DNA of 59,455 nt from an uncultured Chitinophaga sp. (GCA_964443415.1 CAYUDC010000005.1:1-59455); one strand, 5' to 3'; numbered from the stretch's first letter, positions 7,601 to 16,912 are shown. Numbers and translations: made by a program. Notes: a model not told the origin generated them from the sequence alone.

Positions 7601-9805
7601 TTAAAATCTTGCCGAAAGGGTCAAGAAAAAGTTAGTGCCTGCTGCTGGCAGGTACAAAGGAAACTGCCCTCTAGCACCCTGCGAATCGATGGTATTAAAT
7701 CCTCCTAAACTGCCAGAAGGGGCATATTTAGCATTTAACATATTGTTTAACTGAAAACTTATTTGCCATTCAGATTTTTCAAACTTATCAATCTTGTAAG
7801 AAGCCCTTAAATCTATAGTAGTAAACGCAGGTAAACTCAAGTTATCATTTCCTGTATTATCAAGAAATTGCTTTCCAACATACCTGCCATTCATGGCCAC
7901 ATTTACCTTGCTATCTAAACTCCTAAACTGAACCCCACCCATATGAAGGTGAGTTGGACTAAATGCCAATGGAACATCTTTATAGGTTTTGTTTACAGTT
8001 ATTGAAGCATCTTCAGCAGAAACAAATGTTTGGGTAAACTCCTTAGCCCCATTCATGCTTACATTTATATTCGCAAAAATCGAAAACATTTTATCAATGG
8101 GTAAAACCAGTTCAGATTCTAAACCCCTGCGCCAACTTCTACCGATATTTCCGGTAATAGGATATCCAAAATTATTTAAGGCCCCTGTTCCCACAATTTG
8201 ATTGGTAAACTCCATAAAATACAGGTTTACAAAAAACTTAAATCCATTTGCTGCTATCCTATATCCTAATTCTGTATTCCAAAGTTGCTCTGGCTTAATT
8301 TCGTTTTGCTTTACATCTCTAGGAGCAAAATCATCCTGAAGATAATCAAACCTGGTGGGTTCTCTAAATCCTAGGCCTGTAAAGGCATATAATTTTGAAA
8401 CAGCATTTAACTGATAATTAAAGCCCGTCCTTGGGTTTAAAAACAACCAAGACATGTTCTCTACCTTGCCAAAACTAGGTCTGATAGCCATTGCTTGATC
8501 CTGATAACCAAAGCTAGCATACCTTATTTGTAGATCTGTAAACAAACTCAACGATGAGCTAACAGCATAATTCATCTTAGAGAAGGCACTTAATTCTCTC
8601 TTCTTCCCTGTGTTTCTATACACCTCATGACCTGCAGAAATTCCACTCGGAAAAACTGTGGCACTAAGTGCCTCCATAAAATGATCGGCTTCAAAATAGT
8701 TTGCATGAATTCCACTGTTAAGCTCAAGCCTTTTGGTCTTTAATGTGTGCGTAACAAAGGCTCCATAAAATTTTTGATCTAGTCTATAAGAAGTCATCAT
8801 GTCACCAGCAAGATAACTTGTATCGTTTCCTTCAATAAATGGAGGCATGTTAAACCAATCATAAGAAAAGCCCCATGAAGCTGGAAACAAAAATTGAAAC
8901 TTTGGCGCTACGCCCCTTACAAAATAAGCGCTTGCCTGTAGGCTTTGGTTCAAACCGAAACTCCTAAAATATTGAACCTGATTAAACACTTGCCTAAAAG
9001 CGTCTGACTCGCCGTTAACAAAAGGATTTGATGTTGGATTATTGTCGAAGGTTTGCTTATCCACTCCCAAATATGAAAGCCTGTTTTGGGTAGCCCCACC
9101 AAAAGAGTTGAACCGAATAGCACCCTTTTTTAACAACCTAGTAACAGAAATCTGAAATGAATTTACTTCGGCTCGTGCATTATTCCTAAAGCCATTGGTG
9201 GTAATTCTACCAAACCTAAAACTACTTAACCATTTATTTTTTATTAAGCCACTTTGCAGGTTAATAGTCATTCGGTTTGAACCAAAAGAGCCCGCACCCA
9301 AGCTGATGGCAACAGATTTCTTCTGTTCTAATGCGGCCAAATTAATTTGAATAGAACCACCAAAGGCAGAGCTTCCATTGGTAGAAGTACCTAAACCTCT
9401 TTGAACCTGAATATCCTCTACTCCACTTAATAAATCGGCAAAATTCGCAAAAAACACCCCCTGATTTTCTGGGTCATTTACTGGTATTCCGTTAATAGTG
9501 GTATTAATTCGGGTTTGATCAATGCCACGCATTCTAAAAAAACTGTAACCAATGCCTGTTCCATTATCACTGTAGGCATTAATAGAGGGCAAATACTGCA
9601 GGGTAGAGGGCACATCAGCACCATAATAAAGCAATTTTAGTTGTTGCTTCTCGAGGGTACTAAAAGTAATCGGACGATTAAAAGATGGATTGATTTCTTT
9701 AATGACAAATTCTTGTAAACGTACTTGTTTAGAAGAAGTGTCTTGCTGTGCCCACGAAACGATAGGCAGCAGCATACTGGCTGATATATATATTATTTTT
9801 TTCAT
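7601..9805 (-). CDS. TonB-dependent outer-membrane receptor, probably for thiamine or a thiamine precursor (TPP-riboswitch controlled)
   Basis: Signal peptide MKKIIYISASMLLPIVSWAQQ. Plug-domain motifs (RMRGIDQTRINTTINGIPVND). The barrel ends in a terminal aromatic residue (...TLSARF). The start is moved to the ATG at 9805 because the supplied extension (9806-9949) covers the riboswitch. Confidence 0.9.
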   Translation of the reverse strand: MKKIIYISASMLLPIVSWAQQDTSSKQVRLQEFVIKEINPSFNRPITFSTLEKQQLKLLYYGADVPSTLQYLPSINAYSDNGTGIGYSFFRMRGIDQTRINTTINGIPVNDPENQGVFFANFADLLSGVEDIQVQRGLGTSTNGSSAFGGSIQINLAALEQKKSVAISLGAGSFGSNRMTINLQSGLIKNKWLSSFRFGRITTNGFRNNARAEVNSFQISVTRLLKKGAIRFNSFGGATQNRLSYLGVDKQTFDNNPTSNPFVNGESDAFRQVFNQVQYFRSFGLNQSLQASAYFVRGVAPKFQFLFPASWGFSYDWFNMPPFIEGNDTSYLAGDMMTSYRLDQKFYGAFVTHTLKTKRLELNSGIHANYFEADHFMEALSATVFPSGISAGHEVYRNTGKKRELSAFSKMNYAVSSSLSLFTDLQIRYASFGYQDQAMAIRPSFGKVENMSWLFLNPRTGFNYQLNAVSKLYAFTGLGFREPTRFDYLQDDFAPRDVKQNEIKPEQLWNTELGYRIAANGFKFFVNLYFMEFTNQIVGTGALNNFGYPITGNIGRSWRRGLESELVLPIDKMFSIFANINVSMNGAKEFTQTFVSAEDASITVNKTYKDVPLAFSPTHLHMGGVQFRSLDSKVNVAMNGRYVGKQFLDNTGNDNLSLPAFTTIDLRASYKIDKFEKSEWQISFQLNNMLNAKYAPSGSLGGFNTIDSQGARGQFPLYLPAAGTNFFLTLSARF
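8947..8959 (-). repeat. Exact copy of the over-represented 13-mer TTCGGTTTGAACC
   Basis: The plus strand reads ggttcaaaccgaa. Inside the TonB-dependent receptor gene, encoding FGLNQ. Confidence 0.95.
9271..9283 (+). repeat. Exact copy of TTCGGTTTGAACC
   Basis: Read directly from the sequence. Inside the TonB-dependent receptor gene, antisense to the coding strand (GSNR). Confidence 0.95.
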
Positions 9806-9893
9806 ACTTTTCCCTTTCGCAGGCATTATCCTGATCAGGTTCAGAGGGTTTATTCTCAGCCAACTTGTAAAGTTTGGCACCCCTAAAGACAGC
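9806..9893 (-). promoter_or_regulatory. TPP (thiamine pyrophosphate, THI-box) riboswitch
   Basis: The minus strand reads cuuuAGGGGUGCCaaacuuuacaaguuGGCUGAGAauaaACCCucuGAACCUGAUCAGGAUAAUGCCUGCGaaAGGGAaaag, then uAUG. All hallmark blocks are present: GGGGUGC, CUGAGA, ACCC and GAACCUGAUCnGGAUAAUGCCnGCG..AGGGA. CAGG/CCUG is a compensatory change from the usual CUGG/CCAG. Confidence 0.93.
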
Positions 9894-10013
9894 CACAAAA
9901 CAAAACCAAATTTTAAGTAACACCAAATTTTACCGCTAAATTTTACCAATTAAACTATTTTGTAAAATTCTTGTCTTAACTATACGCATCTTTGAACACC
10001 AATTTTATAAGCT

Positions 10014-12872
10014 TTGAAAATAGAAAAAGTAACCTTACTATTTGTACTCGTAATCTCTTTTATATCGGGTTTTTCACAAAATTCTTCAGGATTAATTAAA
10101 GGCAGGGTTTCTGATAAAGCAAGTCTTTTGCCTATTCAAGGGGTGAGTGTGGCAGTGCTTAAAGGCTCCAAAGTAATTGCAGGTGCTTCAACAAATGATG
10201 TCGGTATATTTCAAATAAAAAATTTACCATTCGATACATTCACACTTCAAATTAGCTTCATTGGTTATGTTACTAAAAAGCAGCAAATCATTTTATTCGA
10301 AGCAGAAAAAATGGTGGGGAATATATTACTGGAAGCTGATGCTCAAAAACTTAAAGAACTCACCATTCAAACCAATCAAATAAGAGTAGAGCAAAAAGGC
10401 GACACCACAAGCATTAATGCAGACGCCTACAAGGTAAATAGGGATGCCACAGCAGAAGACCTTGTGAAAAAAATGCCTGGCATAACTGTAGAAAACGGAA
10501 CAGTAAAGGCACAAGGAGAAGATCTTAAAAAAGTATTGGTTGATGGAAAGGAGTTCTTTGGTGATGACGCCCAAATGGCGTTAAGAAATCTTCCTGCGGA
10601 AGTTGTAGATAAGGTTCAGATTTTTGATAGGATGAACGACCAATCCCAATTTACTGGCTTTAGAGATGGTAATACGGATAAAACCATGAACATTACCACT
10701 AAGAATGGTAAAAATCAGGGTGCATTTGGAAAAGCTTATGCTGGCTATGGCACAGACAGCAGGTATCAAGCAGGAATAAGCCTCAACCAATTTAAAGGAA
10801 ACAGAAGAATTACGCTATTAGGACTATCCAATAACATAAACCAACAAAACTTCTCTATGCAAGACCTATTTGGAGGTAATGCAGGAAGAATGGGAATGAT
10901 GATGGCAAACCGTGGAAATAGCAGAGGTGGCCCTCCCATGGGTGGAGCCGGAGACTTTTTGGTGGGTCAACAAGCCGGTATTGCCAATACAAATTCTATT
11001 GGGCTTAATTATACCGATAAATGGGGTGAAAAAACTTCGGTTCAAGGCAGTTACTTTTTTAATGCCAGCAACACCTTTACACAAAAGGTTGTCAATAGAA
11101 ATTTTCTGGTAAATCCAGAAATTAAACAACTTTACCTAGATTCTACAGGTAGCCAAAATGAAAACTTTAACCACCGATTTAACTTAAGGCTAGAACACAA
11201 TTTTGATAGCATGAACTCTCTGGTATTCACGCCAAAAATTAATGTTCAAAATGCCAATATTTTTAGTGATCAATATGCCAGTAATTTTATTCAAGACACG
11301 TTCTTAAATCAAACCCAAACTAGCAGCAATACTCAAAATAATGGATATACCTTAGGAGGAAATGTGCTTTATCGCCATCGATTTAACAAGGTTGGGAGAA
11401 CAATTAGTTTAAATCTAGGTGCTGATATAAATAGGCGAAATAGTGAGATTTTTCAAACTTCACTTAATTCTTTTTTAGATTCAAACAGCCTATTACAAAA
11501 TAGAAGTTTTAGACAATTCGCAGAGTCTAATACTAATGGAAACGCATACAACGCCAATCTTACCTACACAGAAATGCTCAACAAAAGCCTACAACTTCAA
11601 TTGAGCTACAACCCCTCTATCAACTTAAATTATACCGAACGACTCACAAACCGTTTCGACAGTGTTTCTAATGAATATATTATTATTGATAGCCTCTTGA
11701 GTAATACTTTCGATAACACTGTTACCACACAAAAAGGAAATGTGAGTTTAAATTGGATCAAAGAAAAATACTCTTTAACAATGGGTGTAACGCAGCAGTT
11801 TCTAACCCTGCAAAGCACTCAGAGCTTTCCTATCAATGATAATTTTAGAAAAGACTTTAGCAACCTTTTGCCAACAGCCAACTTCCAATACAAAATCAGT
11901 CAAGCAAAATCTCTTAGGATCATTTATAGAACCAACACCAATACTCCATCTGTTACGCAATTACAGAACGTAGTAGATAACAGTAATCCACTTATTTTAA
12001 GTTCTGGAAACCCTAACTTAAAGCAAGAGTACTCACATAACTTAATTGTAAGGTATGGCTCTAATAACTGGCAAAATGCTCAATCTTTCTTTGCCTTTGC
12101 CATGGCTTCGTTTACAAATGATTATATAGCCAATGCTAACTATACCGCCACCGAAGGTGCTATTAACATAAATGGCATTACTATTCCAAGAGGAGCTCAA
12201 TTTACAATGCCCACCAATTTAAATGGTTATTTTAACTCAAGAAGCTTTATTACTTATGGCATCCCTGTAAAAAAGTTAAAAAGCAATGTTAACCTAAATG
12301 TTGGGTTAAACTATTCGATGATACCTGGATTGGTAAACGGCCTAAAAAACTCTGCTAATACCTTCAATATCAATTCTGGAATGGTGATTGGCAGTAACAT
12401 CAGCGAAAAAATAGACTTTACCATCAGCCACAATGCAAACATCAATTTGGTAGAGAATACCCTATTAGTTTCACAGAACAATAATTACTTTATTAATACG
12501 TCCACTATTAAAGCCAATGTAATGCCCAATAGTAGCTGGGTTTTCTCAACTGACATTGCCTATACAAACTTTCAAGGATTAGGCAGCTCATTTAACCAAG
12601 ACTTTTTCTTATGGAATGCCGGCCTTGGATACAGATTTCTTAAAAAAATGGGTGAATTAAGATTGAGTGTTTTCGACTTACTCAATCAAAATGCAAGTAT
12701 CAACAGAACCATTACAGAAACTTATATAGAGGATAATAGAAGCAATGTGCTACAAAGGTATTTTATGCTAACCTTTACCTATAATATCAGAAGATTTAAT
12801 TACAATGCTGCAAGCCAAAACAATTTATCACCAGGCCCAGGCGGACCGCCGCCGCCAGCACCAATAAAATAA
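10014..12872 (+). CDS. Large outer-membrane beta-barrel protein with an N-terminal carboxypeptidase-regulatory-like domain (TonB-dependent-receptor-like)
   Basis: 952 aa with a TTG start. Signal peptide KIEKVTLLFVLVISFISGFSQ. CarbopepD_reg-like segment (GLIKGRVSDKASLLPIQGVSVAVL...). Asn/Ser/Thr/Tyr-rich alternating beta-strand pattern. A barrel-like end (...LTFTYNIRRF) is followed by a 24-aa Pro/Gly tail. Confidence 0.7.
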   Translation: MKIEKVTLLFVLVISFISGFSQNSSGLIKGRVSDKASLLPIQGVSVAVLKGSKVIAGASTNDVGIFQIKNLPFDTFTLQISFIGYVTKKQQIILFEAEKMVGNILLEADAQKLKELTIQTNQIRVEQKGDTTSINADAYKVNRDATAEDLVKKMPGITVENGTVKAQGEDLKKVLVDGKEFFGDDAQMALRNLPAEVVDKVQIFDRMNDQSQFTGFRDGNTDKTMNITTKNGKNQGAFGKAYAGYGTDSRYQAGISLNQFKGNRRITLLGLSNNINQQNFSMQDLFGGNAGRMGMMMANRGNSRGGPPMGGAGDFLVGQQAGIANTNSIGLNYTDKWGEKTSVQGSYFFNASNTFTQKVVNRNFLVNPEIKQLYLDSTGSQNENFNHRFNLRLEHNFDSMNSLVFTPKINVQNANIFSDQYASNFIQDTFLNQTQTSSNTQNNGYTLGGNVLYRHRFNKVGRTISLNLGADINRRNSEIFQTSLNSFLDSNSLLQNRSFRQFAESNTNGNAYNANLTYTEMLNKSLQLQLSYNPSINLNYTERLTNRFDSVSNEYIIIDSLLSNTFDNTVTTQKGNVSLNWIKEKYSLTMGVTQQFLTLQSTQSFPINDNFRKDFSNLLPTANFQYKISQAKSLRIIYRTNTNTPSVTQLQNVVDNSNPLILSSGNPNLKQEYSHNLIVRYGSNNWQNAQSFFAFAMASFTNDYIANANYTATEGAININGITIPRGAQFTMPTNLNGYFNSRSFITYGIPVKKLKSNVNLNVGLNYSMIPGLVNGLKNSANTFNINSGMVIGSNISEKIDFTISHNANINLVENTLLVSQNNNYFINTSTIKANVMPNSSWVFSTDIAYTNFQGLGSSFNQDFFLWNAGLGYRFLKKMGELRLSVFDLLNQNASINRTITETYIEDNRSNVLQRYFMLTFTYNIRRFNYNAASQNNLSPGPGGPPPPAPIK

Positions 12873-12882
12873 AAAGGAGCAA

Positions 12883-13887
12883 TTAGTTAAGGATAATTTT
12901 TTGTCTAAGCGCCTCTACCTTATCCCTTAAAACCCTAAAAAACTGATTACGTTGTTTTTCTGCCACCCCACTTATTAAAGTACTTTTTCTAAGTAAATTA
13001 TTAAGCCAAAGCTCATTTTCATGCACAAAATCAGCACTGGTTGTGCTCATCATGTTAAAAGTATTATTGCTCACATAAGCAATTTTTGTTGACCCTATGT
13101 TTGCCAAAATGCTATTATTTCCAATCATCACCTCACTTTTATATAGCTTAAAGTTTTCTTTTCCACCTTCGCCAGGCTCGATGAGTTTACTGCTCTTTGC
13201 TGCCTTCCTTTGAACCAAGTTTAACTCTTCTGAATATAAGTCGCAGAGGTGTAAGGCATCTTGCTTCGAATTAAAAAACCCGCTTTCAAAAAAGTACTCA
13301 ATTTGCTTTAAATTACTATTAATAGTGTCTTCTGTCCAAATTTCAACCGAGTGTATTTGATTGTAGTTTCTTAGCATTTCCTCTGCGCTTTGAATCATTT
13401 CTTCATCAATTAATCTCGGGTCGTAATTGTGCTCTGCATATTCAGGAGAGTTTAAAATAGATTTTAACCAGTAGAAAAGTTTAAATGCAATGAGGTCTTT
13501 ATGAAAAAAATGGTGCCAAACAGGAACATCATCTGCTCCATACAATATTTGATTATTTACTGAGCCTCCTATTTTCTTAATGTCGCTTGCCAGAAAATAT
13601 AACCACAACTTAAAGTTCTCTTTTTTGTCATCAAGCTTTAGATAATCAAAGGTTACCTTGTTACTCATGTGCTGAATATCTGGATCAAAAGAAACCTTAA
13701 AATGCTTACAGATAAGAGAAATCTCTTCAATGTTAAATAAGGTTTCGCACCTAATTCTTCTGTAAGCACTATCGGTGCTTATTTTTAACAAGTCGGCTAG
13801 TTCGTCTACAAAAGATACATTTTGTGGTACGGCAGTTTTAACCCGTGTAATAAATTGTTCTTGTATAATAAACGATTTCTTTTCCAT
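12883..13887 (-). CDS. BetR-like helix-turn-helix protein (putative transcriptional regulator) with an uncharacterised C-terminal domain
   Basis: 334 aa. The N-terminal FVDELADLLKISTDSAYRRIRCETLFNIEEISLICKHFKVSFD matches the HTH plus YRRIRGE pattern of BetR-type N-terminal domains common in Bacteroidota. The gene lies 4 nt downstream of the PhoD-like gene. Confidence 0.55.
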   Translation of the reverse strand: MEKKSFIIQEQFITRVKTAVPQNVSFVDELADLLKISTDSAYRRIRCETLFNIEEISLICKHFKVSFDPDIQHMSNKVTFDYLKLDDKKENFKLWLYFLASDIKKIGGSVNNQILYGADDVPVWHHFFHKDLIAFKLFYWLKSILNSPEYAEHNYDPRLIDEEMIQSAEEMLRNYNQIHSVEIWTEDTINSNLKQIEYFFESGFFNSKQDALHLCDLYSEELNLVQRKAAKSSKLIEPGEGGKENFKLYKSEVMIGNNSILANIGSTKIAYVSNNTFNMMSTTSADFVHENELWLNNLLRKSTLISGVAEKQRNQFFRVLRDKVEALRQKIILN

Positions 13888-13891
13888 AGCA

Positions 13892-15256
13892 TTAAGGTTT
13901 TAAGGCTTTTAGGTCAGATTCTTTTAAACTGTATCCCCATTTTACCAATCCTTTGGTATCATAGCAAGTAATCAAGAGGGTTCGTTCTCCTCTTTTGGGG
14001 CCAGTAATGTTAATGGTGCAATAATTATTCTCTGCCACCAAAGTTCCAGGCACTCTTTGAGGATTGTCCTTTTCTGGAGTACTAGCCGCATTAGAAGCGC
14101 CTGCCGTAATAGAGCTAGAGGTTAAATCATAAAGTGGATAACCAAGCGTTTGAGCCACCTTATCATTTTTTAGAAGTTCTGTATGATGTCTATCTCCACT
14201 TAAAAAAATGACTCCGGAAATTTTCTGATCGACAATAAATTTGATGATTTCCTCACGTTCCTTTTTGTAATAATTATAAGACTCCTTATCCGTATTTTCA
14301 TTAATAAACTGGCCGCCAATGGCTACAAACTTAAATGAAGCTTTACTATGCTTTAATTTGTTTTTCAACCAAGACAACTGTTGTTCACCCAACTGCGTTT
14401 TGTTATAAAATCTTTCATCTATATCAGATTCATCTCTAAAATAGCGGTCATCACAAAGGAAAAACTCCGCATCACTAAATCTAAAATTGCTATAAATGCC
14501 TTCACCGTTTTCGCCATATGCCTTGTTTCCCCAATAATCTTTAAACAATTGATAGGTTACGTCTTTAAACTCAAAGTGTTTATTGGCATCATTATCACCA
14601 AAATCATGGTCGTCCCAAATAGCATAATTATTTCTTTTTGCCAGTAAAGGTTGCAACTCTGGTAATGTCCTAGTATGACGATACCTATACTCAATACCGC
14701 TCTTGCTGCTATAATCTGCTTCTCTTAAATAAACATTGTCGCCCATCCATAGCATAAAATCTGCAGGGGTTTCGGTCATGCTTTTTAAAATAGCTGTTTG
14801 CTGTCCGTATGGCCTACCTGGCCTATCATAGGCCGAATCGTTAATGTACAAACACGAGCCTAGCATAAAAGTGAAATTAGGAGGAGATGTTCTCCACTCC
14901 CATAAAACCTTAGTAGTAATTTCGGTTGAATAAGGCAATGTTACTTTCTTTCCATCTAAATATATCGAGTATTCATAGGTACTGCCCATTTCTAGACCAG
15001 CTAATACAAATTTGCTAATCAATGGCAAACACAAGTCTTTATTCTTATTGGTTTCGGTTTGAACCAACGCTTGTTTAGCGCCTTTTTTCTGATATTGAAT
15101 TCCGATGGTTTTGGCGCATTGGGTTTGAACCCAAATCAAAGCCTCTGTATGCTCAGCATAGCCGTTCATCGGACCCGCAATTATCCTTGGCTCATTACTT
15201 TGAGCAAAAATTTGGATGGAAAAAATGAGCAATAAAAAAGCAAAATATTTTTTCAT
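13892..15256 (-). CDS. PhoD-like alkaline phosphatase / metallophosphoesterase, secreted
   Basis: Signal peptide MKKYFAFLLLIFSIQIFAQ from the ATG at 15256. Metallophosphatase motifs GDNVY, WDDHDFGDND and LSGDRHHTEL. Confidence 0.8.
   Translation of the reverse strand: MKKYFAFLLLIFSIQIFAQSNEPRIIAGPMNGYAEHTEALIWVQTQCAKTIGIQYQKKGAKQALVQTETNKNKDLCLPLISKFVLAGLEMGSTYEYSIYLDGKKVTLPYSTEITTKVLWEWRTSPPNFTFMLGSCLYINDSAYDRPGRPYGQQTAILKSMTETPADFMLWMGDNVYLREADYSSKSGIEYRYRHTRTLPELQPLLAKRNNYAIWDDHDFGDNDANKHFEFKDVTYQLFKDYWGNKAYGENGEGIYSNFRFSDAEFFLCDDRYFRDESDIDERFYNKTQLGEQQLSWLKNKLKHSKASFKFVAIGGQFINENTDKESYNYYKKEREEIIKFIVDQKISGVIFLSGDRHHTELLKNDKVAQTLGYPLYDLTSSSITAGASNAASTPEKDNPQRVPGTLVAENNYCTINITGPKRGERTLLITCYDTKGLVKWGYSLKESDLKALKP
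15053..15065 (+). repeat. Exact copy of TTCGGTTTGAACC
   Basis: Read directly from the sequence. Inside the PhoD-like gene (encodes LVQTE on the coding strand). Confidence 0.95.
15119..15131 (+). repeat. One-mismatch copy (TTGGGTTTGAACC)
   Basis: Read directly from the sequence. Inside the PhoD-like gene (WVQTQ). Confidence 0.9.
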
Positions 15257-15335
15257 ACCCTTCAAATGTAAAGAAAAGTTTTAATGGATTAATTTAATAT
15301 AAGTACTAAAAAGCTTTAATACCTTCGCAGAAATC

Positions 15336-15728
15336 ATGGAAAACAGCAAAATCTCAAGCTATCAATTAGACGACGCGGCAAAAGCCAAGTGGTATAGAAT
15401 TGTGTTCGATCTTAAAAAACAGTTCGGCAAAAAGCCCGATATGAACGGAATATTGTTTTTGATTGGGGTTCGGGAATTGGGTCAGGTAAGGGAATTTGCG
15501 AAACACGAGAAAATGGATTTAATGCACATTGCCACGTGTAAATTGCTAAGTTATGAGGGATATTATGCCTTTGAACACACCGATGAGGACGGTTGGCCTC
15601 ATTATCGAATGATCAATAAACCATCCTTTGCAGACCTTTTATCCCAAGAAAATCTACTTAAAAAACTCATAGTAACCTACTTCGAGGAGAACGGGCTGTT
15701 GGAGTCGGTTCAAACCGAAGCCCCATAA
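15336..15728 (+). CDS. Hypothetical cytoplasmic protein, 130 aa
   Basis: Clean ORF with an ATG start and coding-like composition. I recognise no motif. Its 3' end overlaps the convergent aminotransferase gene by 19 nt. Confidence 0.55.
   Translation: MENSKISSYQLDDAAKAKWYRIVFDLKKQFGKKPDMNGILFLIGVRELGQVREFAKHEKMDLMHIATCKLLSYEGYYAFEHTDEDGWPHYRMINKPSFADLLSQENLLKKLIVTYFEENGLLESVQTEAP
15707..15719 (-). repeat. Exact copy of TTCGGTTTGAACC
   Basis: The plus strand reads ggttcaaaccgaa. It lies in the 19-nt convergent overlap of ORF 15336-15728 and the aminotransferase gene, and the aminotransferase TGA stop is inside the motif. Confidence 0.95.
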
Positions 15729-16912
15729 ACCTTTTCAATAGATGCGGTTAAAATTTTACAGGCTTGGTTAATCTCTTCTACAGTAATAGTTAGTGGGGGT
15801 GCGATTCTAATTTTATTAGAGGCAAACAAAAACCAATCACTTATAAGACCCTCTTGCAAGGCAATTTGTATAACCTTTACCGTGTTTTCAAACGAATCTA
15901 ACTGCACGGCTAACATTAGGCCTTTACCATCAATCTTTTGAATGGCCGAATGTTGTAATAGCTTTCTAAATAGCATTTCCTTGCTACCAACTTCATTCAT
16001 TAGGTTAGAGTCTAATAGTTCAATTATTCCTGCCAAAGCTGCAGCTGCCACCAGCGGATGACCACCAAAAGTAGTAATGTGCCCTAAAATAGGATGATGA
16101 GAAAAAGCATCCATCATTTTTTTAGAACTTACTACAGCACCAATGGGCATTCCTGCCCCAAGAGCCTTGCCTAAAAGTAAGACATCCGGAACAACCTGGT
16201 AATGCTCAAATGCAAACATTTTCCCTGTTTTTCCCATCCCACTTTGTATTTCATCAAAAATCAAGAGGCAACAATGTGCATCACATTGAAATCTAAGCTT
16301 ATCTAAAAATGCCTGATCGGCCGGAATGTAACCGGCTTCTCCTCTAATTACTTCTACAATGACACAGGCTGTTTTCTCGGTAATCTCATTTAAACTATCT
16401 AGGTTATTAAATTCTAAAAACTTAACCTCTGGAAGCAATGGCCTATAAGCTTGCGTATACTCCTCCTCACTGTTTAAACTCAATGCTGCATGCGTGCTTC
16501 CATGATAAGCCTGTTTAAAGGCAATAATTTCTTGTTTGCCTGTAACCCTTTTTGCAAGTTTAAGTGCTACATCAGTAGCCTCTGCGCCTGAATTAAGTAA
16601 ATACACCGACTGAAGATTTTCTGGCAATAAGGAACAAATTTGTTGGGCTAAAGCCACTTGAGGGGATTGAATAAACTCCCCATAAACCATCACATGTAAA
16701 TGGCTATTCATCTGATTAATCATTGCCTGCTTAACACGCTCATTACCATGCCCTATATGGCTTACACTAATGCCCGAAATTAAATCTAAGTATTTCTTTC
16801 CCGCTTGATCTATTAAATAATTTCCTTGGGCACCAGCAATTTCAAGCATCAACGGAAATGGAGAGGTTTGGGCTTGGTGCAACAAAAATAGCTGTCGATT
16901 GTTAAGCTTCAT
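15710..16912 (-). CDS. Class-III (PLP-dependent) aminotransferase, acetylornithine/ornithine aminotransferase-like
   Basis: 400 aa. SGAEATDVALKLA, DEIQSGMGKTGKMFAFEH and TFGGHPL are hallmarks of aminotransferase class III. Confidence 0.85.
   Translation of the reverse strand: MKLNNRQLFLLHQAQTSPFPLMLEIAGAQGNYLIDQAGKKYLDLISGISVSHIGHGNERVKQAMINQMNSHLHVMVYGEFIQSPQVALAQQICSLLPENLQSVYLLNSGAEATDVALKLAKRVTGKQEIIAFKQAYHGSTHAALSLNSEEEYTQAYRPLLPEVKFLEFNNLDSLNEITEKTACVIVEVIRGEAGYIPADQAFLDKLRFQCDAHCCLLIFDEIQSGMGKTGKMFAFEHYQVVPDVLLLGKALGAGMPIGAVVSSKKMMDAFSHHPILGHITTFGGHPLVAAAALAGIIELLDSNLMNEVGSKEMLFRKLLQHSAIQKIDGKGLMLAVQLDSFENTVKVIQIALQEGLISDWFLFASNKIRIAPPLTITVEEINQACKILTASIEKVYGASV

Noticed and set aside
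9806-9949. N-terminal 48-aa extension of the TonB-dependent receptor ORF, and the small ORFs at 9690-9920 and 9729-9926.
   Set aside because: This region encodes the TPP riboswitch. The receptor has a canonical signal peptide starting at the ATG at 9805.
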